From Nitrospirota bacterium (GTDB lineage Bacteria > Nitrospirota > Thermodesulfovibrionia > Thermodesulfovibrionales > UBA1546): a stretch of 64,000 nt of DNA. The stretch is taken from positions 4,003-68,002 of the forward strand of contig JACPZK010000004.1 in assembly GCA_016195565.1 (NCBI GenBank). Direction: 5' to 3'. The notes under the pieces were generated by a model, which saw only the letters and a program-made list of their open reading frames with translations, had not been told where the DNA came from and made no database searches. This document shows positions 55,790 through 63,922 of the stretch, in pieces (within the stretch, counting starts at the first letter, position 1; each line of letters starts with the position of its first letter). The position numbers were made by a program, and so were the translations under genes.

Positions 55790-57124
55790 ATGGCTACATT
55801 CAATATCCAAGGAAAGGTTATAAACAAAGTCACAAAGCTGAGTGTTCCATATGCAAGGGTGAAAGTCTACGAGATAGACAAAGTTACCGCAGGATATAAA
55901 AGCGACTTTTTGACAGAAGGATTAACGGATTTAAATGGTGTATTCAATATAACCTTTACATGGCCTTATGATATATCTATTCCTGGTAATCGTCCGGATA
56001 TTATCTTTAAGGTAATCCAAAAAATAGATGGAGTCGATAAGATTATCTACAATGAAAATCCAGCCGCGCAGACAAGATGGAACATTGGAGATATCCTTTC
56101 TGTCACATTAGAAGCAGAAGATTGTATATCTATTATCCCTACACCTTCAGGAAGACCTTATGACACTCTATTCGTCTTTACAAGAGTAGGGGTTATCGGG
56201 GTTAACACCATTCACACTGTTGGAGCAGGAGCCAGCGGCTATGCCTATCCTGATATCGATCCAGCAGCGCCAAACAGCAGGGATGCAAATTCACCGTTTG
56301 GGTCTACCCTCGATATCGCGGGATGGTTCGGTCAGTTTACTGACACTGTTCGTTATAAGATACAGTATTCATCCGATGGTGTCACCTTTACCGATATTTC
56401 CGATCCGCTTTACAACAGCTACTACGAGTTTGATCCGAGCGGTGGAAACTGGATAACTATAGCCATGGGGCCATTTACTGAGGGCGGTCAAACAAATGTG
56501 TATAAGATGCCTTATGTTGAAAACCCAGGACAGCCATGGATATTTCCTGACCTTATCGCAAAATGGGATACAACAAAGGTATTGGACGGGCTGTATACTT
56601 TAAGGATACAGGGATTTAAGTGGAATGTATCACATACCACGTTAGTACCTTCTGTTGCACTATTAATTGACCCAAGCTATGGCACCTTGAAGCTGAGGAT
56701 AGATAACTCTCCGCCTGTATCAAAGATAAACGCTGAGACTGGTATTAAATATAACGGGGCCATTAAAAAAGTCTGCGACATAGTAGATTTCACATCGGGG
56801 GCGCTGAGTATAGAATTTGAGGCCAGTGACAGCAAAGGCCATCTCAGGGAGTATGTGCTCAATGCCATGTATGGGCATAACAACGCTGTATCCCCTATCC
56901 CTGCTAATGGAGCAGATAACTATTCAAACCATATAGGTCCCAGCAGGCAGTGGAACGGTGGGACGTTTACTGTCAATTATGACACAACAACTTACACCCC
57001 AGCAAAGATGCCCACATGTGCCTATCAGTTTCGTTTGGGTGTGACCAAGAGAACAACGAATGGATACGGACTTATTTATCCATGGGTAGAGGATACAATT
57101 CACATCACACTAAAGAGGCCATAG
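55790..57124 (+). CDS. hypothetical protein with N-terminal transthyretin/carboxypeptidase-regulatory-like fold (tentative)
   Basis: MATFNIQGKVINKV..ARVKVYEIDK...NGVFNITF..RPDIIFKV. No obvious signal peptide. Confidence 0.4.
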   Translation: MATFNIQGKVINKVTKLSVPYARVKVYEIDKVTAGYKSDFLTEGLTDLNGVFNITFTWPYDISIPGNRPDIIFKVIQKIDGVDKIIYNENPAAQTRWNIGDILSVTLEAEDCISIIPTPSGRPYDTLFVFTRVGVIGVNTIHTVGAGASGYAYPDIDPAAPNSRDANSPFGSTLDIAGWFGQFTDTVRYKIQYSSDGVTFTDISDPLYNSYYEFDPSGGNWITIAMGPFTEGGQTNVYKMPYVENPGQPWIFPDLIAKWDTTKVLDGLYTLRIQGFKWNVSHTTLVPSVALLIDPSYGTLKLRIDNSPPVSKINAETGIKYNGAIKKVCDIVDFTSGALSIEFEASDSKGHLREYVLNAMYGHNNAVSPIPANGADNYSNHIGPSRQWNGGTFTVNYDTTTYTPAKMPTCAYQFRLGVTKRTTNGYGLIYPWVEDTIHITLKRP

Positions 57125-57138
57125 AAAGGAGAAATGGT

Positions 57139-57552
57139 ATGAAAAAAATGACGGGATTATCTCGCACCAGCATCAAATGGTTTGCTGTTATCATTGCCGT
57201 GCTTTGTTTGAGTCTGTTGGCTGGGACGGGTGTATTTGCAGAAAACAAGGAGCGGCCCTGCGCGGATGATGTGGCAAAGTTCTGCAAAGACGTCCAGCCG
57301 GGCGGAGAAGGCATAGCGAAATGTTTAAAGGAACATGCAAACGAATTATCACCCGGCTGCAAGGAAAACATTGCTGCAACAAAACAGAAGATGCAGGCTT
57401 TTTCTGAAACGTGTAAAAATGATATGTCGAAATTCTGCAAAGATGTCAAGCCCGGGGGTGGTCAGATCTTACAATGTCTCAAACAACATGAAAGTGAACT
57501 TTCCCCTGAATGCAAAGCCAATTTGCCGACTTCGCCAATCCTGAAACGGTAA
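57139..57552 (+). CDS. exported cysteine-rich repeat protein (2 repeats)
   Basis: ATG at 57139 after AAAGGAG. Signal peptide. Two copies of C-x6-FC-x-DV-x-PGG-x5-CLK-x-H-x3-LSP-x-C. Confidence 0.65.
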   Translation: MKKMTGLSRTSIKWFAVIIAVLCLSLLAGTGVFAENKERPCADDVAKFCKDVQPGGEGIAKCLKEHANELSPGCKENIAATKQKMQAFSETCKNDMSKFCKDVKPGGGQILQCLKQHESELSPECKANLPTSPILKR

Positions 57553-57568
57553 TCTGATTTGATAGGCA

Positions 57569-57682
57569 GGGAAAGGAATGTCAAAAAAAGCACCTGTCAT
57601 TTTTGACAGGTGACGATGAATCTCAGGATATGCTATAAGAAAGGATATCAACCCTTATTTTAAGGGTACATGAGATTCTTGA
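57569..57682 (+). repeat. 114-bp direct repeat, copy B
   Basis: See 54161-54274. Here the hairpin is perfect (CACCTGTCA-TTTT-TGACAGGTG, 57591-57612). Confidence 0.9.
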
Positions 57683-57711
57683 CAATAAATAAGCTTATAA
57701 AGGTTAGCTTA

Positions 57712-58598
57712 ATGGAGGAAGATATGAGAAACGCTGATGAAAGGCGAGGCATGGGATGGCTCCCTGATTATCCTGATTTTCGGGATTATACAGAGGAGCA
57801 TGAAAATGTTAGTAAGATTATTACAGCAACAGGGGTTACAAAAAAGGCCATAAGCCTCCCCTCATCTGCGGATCTAAGGGCATGGTGCTCGCCTGTAGAG
57901 GATCAGGGCTCTCTTGGTTCCTGCACTGCCAATGCAGGGGTCGGTATGGTGGAATATTATGAGAAGAGGGCATTCGGCAGATATATTGATGCCTCACGAC
58001 TTTTCCTGTATAAAGCAACAAGGAACCTTCTTCACTGGACAGGTGATACGGGTGCATTTCTAAGAAGCACAATGGGCGCACTGGTTTTGTTTGGAGTCCC
58101 GCCAGAAGAATACTGGCCTTATAAGATAGCTGATTTTGATAATGAACCGCCTGCATTCTGCTACGCCTTTGCACAAAACTACCAGACCGTAAAATATTAC
58201 AGGCATGACCCACCTGCAACACCAAAGGATCTCTTATTAAACCGTATAAAAACCTACTTGCAGCAGGCCACCCCTCCATGTTTGGTTTTACAGTGTATAG
58301 TTCAATTGCACAGGCAGGCACGACAGGAAAAATCCCATATCCATGCAAAGGGGAAAAGATAGAGGGCGGGCATGCCATTGTTGCAGTCGGCTATGACGAT
58401 AAGATGAAGATTAAAAACACAGGACTGTGTGGAGTGGAGACAACTGGAGCGCTTCTCATAAGAAACTCCTGGGGCATGGGATGGGGAGACGCCGGCTACG
58501 GCTGGCTGCCTTATGAATATATCCTTAAAGGCCTTGCCGAAGACTTCTGGTCAGTATTGAAGAAGGAGTGGGTGGATACGGGGGAGTTTAAGGCGTAA
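57712..58598 (+). pseudogene. papain-family (C1) cysteine peptidase split by a -1 frameshift
   Basis: ORF 57670..58362 carries GWLPDYPDFRDY and the Gln/Cys motif VEDQGSLGSCTANAG. ORF 58278..58598 carries GGHAIVAVGYDD (His) and IRNSWG (Asn). The frames rejoin as IKTYL|AAGHPSMFGF if one nt is restored near 58260. Confidence 0.8.
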
Positions 58599-58641
58599 TG
58601 GAGAGATTTAAAATTTAAACAGCAACAAAAAGGAGGGTAAT

Positions 58642-59439
58642 ATGGAGATTATAATTCCAAGAAAGCATTTTGCTAAAGTGAAATTACTATTCTTGCTTTT
58701 GGCATGTGGAATCTTACTTTTAGCGAGAGCAGATTTCTCTTATGCAGTTACTAAGACAACAGTTGAGGAATTTTCTATTCCACTGCCGGGGCTAAAGCCG
58801 CAAGGTATTACATGGGATGGGAAACACCTCTGGGTTGTAGATGGAGAGACAAAAAAGGTTTATCGTTTGGATCCCCGTTCAGGCGCTATTCTTCAAACAT
58901 TCGCTGTAGATCTGAAAAAGCCTAAAGGTTTAGCCTTCGATGGAAAATCTATATGGGTTGCCGATGAAGAAACCATGAAAATTCATGCACTCGATCCTCA
59001 GAGCGGCCAAATCGTGAAAACCATACCGATGGAGATTTCTAAGGAAAAAGGTTTTAAATCCTTTGAGGGTATGACCTGGGATGGGAAGCATCTCTGGACA
59101 GCCATTTACGCTGGATTTTCGAGTTCCTTTAATCAAATAGATACAGAAAGTGGTCGGATTGTAAAGAGCATTTTTGCCGAATGTAACCCTCGGGGAATTG
59201 CATCAGATGGAAAATATATCTGGAGCATCTGCTATAACGGAGAAAATTTACCATCCAAGATTGATAAAAGGAAAATCCTTGAAAAAGAGCATGAGATGCT
59301 CCGTTCTCGCATGTTTATCAGAGATATCGAGGGAAGAGACCCCGTAGGACTGGCATACGATGGCAAGTATCTGTGGTATACAGACAGGCAATTAAAAAAG
59401 GCTTTTATGATTTACCCTGGAAATCTGGAAAAGAAATAA
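58642..59439 (+). CDS. exported beta-propeller repeat protein, glutaminyl-peptide cyclotransferase-like (tentative)
   Basis: Signal peptide. Five or so repeats of G(I/L/M)x(W/F/Y)DGK.(L/I)W..D...K.I..(L/I)DP.SG.I. The size (265 aa) and repeat style resemble bacterial/plant-type glutamine cyclotransferase propellers. Confidence 0.4.
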   Translation: MEIIIPRKHFAKVKLLFLLLACGILLLARADFSYAVTKTTVEEFSIPLPGLKPQGITWDGKHLWVVDGETKKVYRLDPRSGAILQTFAVDLKKPKGLAFDGKSIWVADEETMKIHALDPQSGQIVKTIPMEISKEKGFKSFEGMTWDGKHLWTAIYAGFSSSFNQIDTESGRIVKSIFAECNPRGIASDGKYIWSICYNGENLPSKIDKRKILEKEHEMLRSRMFIRDIEGRDPVGLAYDGKYLWYTDRQLKKAFMIYPGNLEKK

Positions 59440-59464
59440 CTAATCTTGAGAAAGGAGGCATGTC

Positions 59465-60319
59465 ATGGATAGGTTGATGAGAAACTTTATGCTTGGCATA
59501 ATAGGTCTATTTTTTGTTTTTTCTGTAGGGTGTGCCCAAAAATACGCAGTACTTATCAGTACAAATGAGGTAACTGCCGATGATACAGCTATTCATTCCG
59601 AATGGTGGTACGATTTAATTTTACAATACAAAATATTAAGAGAGAACGGCTTCAAAGACGACAAGATATATGTCCTTTATGGAAATGGGACTGATTTTGC
59701 TACTGCACATGCTGCCTACAATTCTACCACTCAGTTTGGTCATACAATTACAAATATGGCTGTCAATAAGGCCAATATCCAGTCTATATTCAATACCCTG
59801 AATGGTAAGGTTACGAGTAAGGATTATCTGTACGTATGGTGGATGGGTCATGGGGGAGGTTCCGGGCCGGGTTCCTGCAACCTCTCTATGTCTATCAGTA
59901 ATACAGGAGAGACAGTTACTGATACGGAACTGAGCACATATATTAATAATGTGTCAAATTATAAGAAGCGTTCGGTTGCTGTCATGACATGTCACTCTGG
60001 AGGAATGGTAGATAATATGAATACTGCGGGTAATAAAACTGTGGCCCTCACCTCTTCGACCTGCGCTCAAAACTCTTATGACGCTCCATCCACCTGCGAT
60101 GGTATTTTACATGCAGAATTTAATTACACATTGCCAAATGGTTTGCGTATGATAACTCCATGTGGTACAGCCGTTGGGTCGGACTACGATAGCAACGGTT
60201 ATGTATCATTATCAGAATCGTATCAATACAATACAGCAACTATGACTTCATCAACTCCCCAGATGGGTGATCCGGATAGCATTGCGACAACTACCTATAT
60301 CAAGAAAGATGAACCGTAG
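59465..60319 (+). CDS. legumain-like (peptidase C13 / clan CD) lipoprotein
   Basis: Lipobox (VFSVGC|AQ). KYAVLISTNE... His-Gly (YVWWMGHGGG) and Cys (VAVMTCHSGGM) in clan CD order. Confidence 0.55.
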   Translation: MDRLMRNFMLGIIGLFFVFSVGCAQKYAVLISTNEVTADDTAIHSEWWYDLILQYKILRENGFKDDKIYVLYGNGTDFATAHAAYNSTTQFGHTITNMAVNKANIQSIFNTLNGKVTSKDYLYVWWMGHGGGSGPGSCNLSMSISNTGETVTDTELSTYINNVSNYKKRSVAVMTCHSGGMVDNMNTAGNKTVALTSSTCAQNSYDAPSTCDGILHAEFNYTLPNGLRMITPCGTAVGSDYDSNGYVSLSESYQYNTATMTSSTPQMGDPDSIATTTYIKKDEP

Positions 60320-60388
60320 ATGATGATATGGCAGGAGATGCAGGCTATGTGACTGCCTTATGAATATGGATGAAAGGAGGTGATATTC

Positions 60389-60574
60389 ATGCCTAAAGGT
60401 GAAAAACCGACGTACAAAATTGCAAAGTACGACAGAGCTAATAAGTGTTCGTGTGATTGTGAATGTCAATTACCGGTTACCGTTACTGTCCTCTATAGCG
60501 GGAAAATAAGAACTCCAAAAGGTCTGTCAACTTTAAAAGCAGAGACGCCGGACATTACGATCTTAAGCGAGTAG
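60389..60574 (+). CDS. 61-aa Cys-rich peptide, candidate RiPP precursor
   Basis: AAAGGAGG lies 8 nt before the ATG. MPKGEKPTYKIAKYDRANKCSCDCECQLPVTVTVLYSGKIRTPKGLSTLKAETPDITILSE. The CSCDCEC patch is at 60446-60466. The stop lies 64 nt upstream of a radical SAM/SPASM gene carrying an RRE-like domain. Confidence 0.55.
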   Translation: MPKGEKPTYKIAKYDRANKCSCDCECQLPVTVTVLYSGKIRTPKGLSTLKAETPDITILSE

Positions 60575-60638
60575 TTGCAGAGGTCTGAGAGGGGCCTGAT
60601 TCCAGATCCCCTTTTAGACAAATAGGAGGATTTTGAGA

Positions 60639-61955
60639 ATGGAATCATTATTGTTACGCCGCGAGCCGTTCGGTGGAGTATTAGCGGAGCGAGAAGGAAC
60701 AAAAGTAAAGTTTCTTAATCACACAGGGTTTGAAATAACCTATGGGATTGCCAACGGCTGGTCGGAAGATGAAATAATCAATCACATCAAATCAAAATTC
60801 GATGTATCAAATATGCCTTTAGTCAAAAACGACATCAAAAAATTTCGCAGGATGGTCTCGAATATAAAAGATTGGGATTCCGGTGAAAGCCTTTGGAAAG
60901 ACCCGTCAGAAAATAAGGAATCCTCTCCTATTCCGGCACTATCCGCACCATTGGATTTATACTGGGAAGTTACCAAGCGATGCAATCTTTACTGTCGTCA
61001 TTGTTATAACGAATCAGGCAGTAGAGATTATGAGCCGAGCATGGAACAGATGCGTTCTGTCGTAAATGAGCTAAGTTCAACAAAACTGAGAAGCATTGCG
61101 ATATCGGGCGGTGAACCTTTGATGCGGAAAGACTTGCGGACGATTATCGGATGGCTTCGTCCCCTGGCGACAAATCTTGTATTAGCCACTAACGGAACTT
61201 TGATAGACGAACAGAGCGTTGCATGGATGGGAGAAATGATCAATGAAGTAAATTTAAGCCTAGACGCAGGCAATAAATCAGCATACGAACAATTTAGAGG
61301 TCGAAGGGGAACCTTTGATAAATGTCTTCGAGGACTGGATCTTTTAGTAGAACAAAAAGTCCCTGTTATAATCCAGACTACTATATCCAGATTCAACATA
61401 GATTCTCTCAAAGAGATTGCAACTTTGGCAATAGAGAGAGGCGCTACGGCCTGGATTGTACGGCTGCCCGTGTTCAGTGGTAGGGCTGCCCGAAATGAAG
61501 GTGATTTTCTCAGCCGGAATGAATTAATTGAAAAAGAGCCGCTCCTGTCCGAAATCAGATTACAATACCAATCAAAATTCGCAGACTTACAATTGGGGGT
61601 CAACTTCATGTGGAGTTATCAGGAACCTTATACTTATGTTCAGATAGAGGACAGGGCGATATCATGTTCCGCAGGAACTGTGGGCGTGCTTTTGACTGCA
61701 GAGGGTACATTAGCGCCTTGTCCCTTATTTTCGGGGACGGACTTCAAGTCCGACGCAGTCTGGAATGGTAACTTTCTTAAAGAATGGAAAACGGCTCGAT
61801 GCATGCAGACTATGCGCTCCCTTCGTTTAAATCAGATTGGGCAATGTTTCCATTGCGCACACTTCAAAGTAAAATGCAGCGCTGGATGCAGGGCCAAGTC
61901 TTATTTGAGTGGAGATTTATATTCAACAGATCCAGACTGCGGTTACTTGAACTAA
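60639..61955 (+). CDS. radical SAM/SPASM peptide-maturase-like enzyme with N-terminal PqqD-like (RRE) domain
   Basis: N-terminus RREPFGGVLAEREGTKVKFLNHTGFEI..GWSEDEIINHI is PqqD/RRE-like. CNLYCRHCY is the CX3CX2C motif. SPASM: CSAGTVGVLLTAEGTLAPC ... CFHCAHFKVKCSAGC. Confidence 0.85.
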   Translation: MESLLLRREPFGGVLAEREGTKVKFLNHTGFEITYGIANGWSEDEIINHIKSKFDVSNMPLVKNDIKKFRRMVSNIKDWDSGESLWKDPSENKESSPIPALSAPLDLYWEVTKRCNLYCRHCYNESGSRDYEPSMEQMRSVVNELSSTKLRSIAISGGEPLMRKDLRTIIGWLRPLATNLVLATNGTLIDEQSVAWMGEMINEVNLSLDAGNKSAYEQFRGRRGTFDKCLRGLDLLVEQKVPVIIQTTISRFNIDSLKEIATLAIERGATAWIVRLPVFSGRAARNEGDFLSRNELIEKEPLLSEIRLQYQSKFADLQLGVNFMWSYQEPYTYVQIEDRAISCSAGTVGVLLTAEGTLAPCPLFSGTDFKSDAVWNGNFLKEWKTARCMQTMRSLRLNQIGQCFHCAHFKVKCSAGCRAKSYLSGDLYSTDPDCGYLN

Positions 61956-62025
61956 AGACAATTTAAAAGGGCGATTAATCGACTATGAGCCAAAAAATAG
62001 GAACAGCGACCATTAATAAGAAACT

Positions 62026-62090
62026 GCCCGAACCGGCAGATAACAGAGTGCTTGAGTTTAACTCAAAGGCTACGCCCTTCTCAAACATTC
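62026..62090 (+). repeat. conserved hairpin repeat downstream of radical SAM gene 1 (copy 1)
   Basis: GCCCGAACCGGCAGATAACAGAGTGCTTGAGTTTAAC...CTCAAACATTC. Arms at 62045-62056 and 62080-62090 (one G-U, one mismatch). Homologous to 63923-63989. Confidence 0.8.
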
Positions 62091-62207
62091 GAACCGTTGT
62101 TGCAATTGGGGGCAGAGAGGGAGGAGGTGATAAATTTATTCCGTTATGGCGCTTTTTTGCTGTGTCATGAAGTAATCTGAATCAATTTGATTTCAAAGGA
62201 GGGCAAC

Positions 62208-62792
62208 ATGCAAAAAGATATACAGAAAAAGAAATGGACATCTCCCAAGAACGTTTATCGGACAAAATGGACAACGCGGTTAGATGCAAAAGTATCGGCT
62301 TCACCGGGAAAGCGGGTTGAAGTTAATCCATTAAAAGTTCTCCACCGCTTTGATGGAGGAATGGTATACGAGAGTGCCGGTAGAAAATTCTTGCTTACTG
62401 AAAACATTTTTGGTTCTTATCCCTTTCTCTTAGTTTTTGAGCTATCGGGAAAGGAAATTGAGGTAGAATCAACTTCTTTTCATGCCGTGCCAGAACGCAT
62501 GCTTAAAAGTATCGCGCCAGCGTGCGAAAAAATAGCCCTTAGCGCTAAGCTACCCGAATCTTTGCATAATGTGGAAGTGGACATAACGCCCATGTTAAGC
62601 CAAGTCGTCAAGCTGCCAAGTGGTGTGGAATTATCAAAAGCTATCCTGAAGCTTGGCAAAGGGCCTGAGGTGGCATGTGACTGCGATGTGGATGGGCCTT
62701 GCGGGTACTGCTGTGACACGTGCGATTGTGATACATGCAAGATTGAGGATATCGGAATAGATCCTATGGAAATAGTGATCAGGGGGCGATAG
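62208..62792 (+). CDS. 194-aa protein with C-terminal Cys/Asp-rich patch, candidate long-leader precursor or substrate
   Basis: ATG at 62208 after AAGGAGGG. The C-terminus reads ...EVACDCDVDGPCGYCCDTCDCDTCKIEDIGIDPMEIVIRGR, with 8 Cys and 6 Asp in 21 residues (62676-62738). The stop overlaps the GTG start of the next radical SAM gene. Confidence 0.55.
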   Translation: MQKDIQKKKWTSPKNVYRTKWTTRLDAKVSASPGKRVEVNPLKVLHRFDGGMVYESAGRKFLLTENIFGSYPFLLVFELSGKEIEVESTSFHAVPERMLKSIAPACEKIALSAKLPESLHNVEVDITPMLSQVVKLPSGVELSKAILKLGKGPEVACDCDVDGPCGYCCDTCDCDTCKIEDIGIDPMEIVIRGR

Positions 62793-63886
62793 TGGTCGAC
62801 TCATTGTTGACAGCGTCAGTACCAAACAAGCTCACTGTAATTTTGACACATAGATGCAATCAACGATGCGAGTTCTGTTTTGATGCATCTAATGTGATGT
62901 GCGCATCGAGAGGGGCCGATATGTCAATTGGGACAATGGAATGTATCGTAAAAATGTTGCGAAATTCTCTCCCTGAAAACATGCCATTCAATATCACCCT
63001 TTCCGGTGGAGAACCCACGCTTCATCCAAAGTTCCTAACTATGGTTGAAATTGTATCAGATGCCGGCTTCCCAGTGACCATTTTGACAAATGGTCAGCGC
63101 CTTGCCGATGTGAGCTTTATGAAAAAGGTGATGAAATTCAACCTATGGAACTTTCAATTTTCAATTGAAGGTGCTTCATCGGAGATTCATGACAAGAGGG
63201 TCGGTTGTAGAGGGGCATTCAAACGAACTGTTAAAGCTATCGAGAATGCGCGTGATTTTGGGGTTCGTTTTATCACAAATAGCACGATGACTAAGGCCTC
63301 TGTGAGAGAAATGTATTCTCTTATCGATTTTCTTGATCACCTTGGTGTCCCCAAAATGAACATCGGTAATACTCTTCCCGAATGTGCTGGTCACAACTGG
63401 GCTGTTATGATGCAGTATCCCACAGTTGTTGATATTGCAGAACATCTTACATTGTACGCGCTCACTAAACGAATCAGTTTTTCCTTCATAACGCCTTTAC
63501 CGATATGCCTAAAGGACAAACGTATAATTAGCAATCCATCCGTATGCTCAGCTGGAAGGGTTTCCATTGTGGCGGATGCTGACGGGACTCTGCGCCCTTG
63601 TTCTGTCTGTACCTCTGCAAAAGATGAAGCGCTTCGTATTCAGGATGTCAAAGATCTTAAGGAGATTTATCGCCGAATGGATTCAATAGTCTCGGATTTT
63701 GTCAAGATCGACATCCCGGATGAATGCCGAAAATGCGAGCGCATGAGTGAGTGCCGTGCAGCATGCCCTCTATATTGGAAGGCTAAAGGTGTGGCGCGAC
63801 CATCTCAGTGGTGTCAAGACACATCGGTTCTTGCATGTGAATATGATTCCCAAATGCCACAAAGTGCCGGACAATATTGCACTTGA
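62792..63886 (+). CDS. radical SAM/SPASM peptide-maturase-like enzyme (no N-terminal RRE)
   Basis: GTG start overlapping the upstream stop (taGTG). CNQRCEFCF is the CX3CX2C motif. SPASM: CSAGRVSIVADADGTLRPCSVC ... CRKCERMSECRAAC. Confidence 0.85.
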   Translation: MVDSLLTASVPNKLTVILTHRCNQRCEFCFDASNVMCASRGADMSIGTMECIVKMLRNSLPENMPFNITLSGGEPTLHPKFLTMVEIVSDAGFPVTILTNGQRLADVSFMKKVMKFNLWNFQFSIEGASSEIHDKRVGCRGAFKRTVKAIENARDFGVRFITNSTMTKASVREMYSLIDFLDHLGVPKMNIGNTLPECAGHNWAVMMQYPTVVDIAEHLTLYALTKRISFSFITPLPICLKDKRIISNPSVCSAGRVSIVADADGTLRPCSVCTSAKDEALRIQDVKDLKEIYRRMDSIVSDFVKIDIPDECRKCERMSECRAACPLYWKAKGVARPSQWCQDTSVLACEYDSQMPQSAGQYCT

Positions 63887-63922
63887 ACCTGAAGAGCGTG
63901 AAGAGGAGTCTAACAAAATAGT

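Noticed and set aside
47491-57682. The Xer-type recombinase plus the 114-bp direct repeats as integrase and att sites of an integrated element
   Set aside because: The recombinase is separated from the repeats by the housekeeping glutamate synthase operon and looks like a chromosomal XerC/D. The repeats lie at gene 5' ends rather than flanking a recombinase, and no tRNA target is present.
60575-60632. Small hairpin AGGGG..CCCCT followed by TTTT between precursor 1 and its maturase, as an attenuator
   Set aside because: The stem is only 5 bp with a 13-nt loop, which is too weak to call. It is noted as a place to look in transcript 3'-end data.
61985-62170. 61-aa ORF between the first radical SAM gene and the second Cys-rich gene, as a possible extra precursor or RRE partner
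   Set aside because: Its conserved part is the hairpin repeat. The second copy (63923-63989) has a 2-nt indel that destroys the frame, so conservation is not protein-level. The ORF has no Cys-rich core and no convincing RBS.
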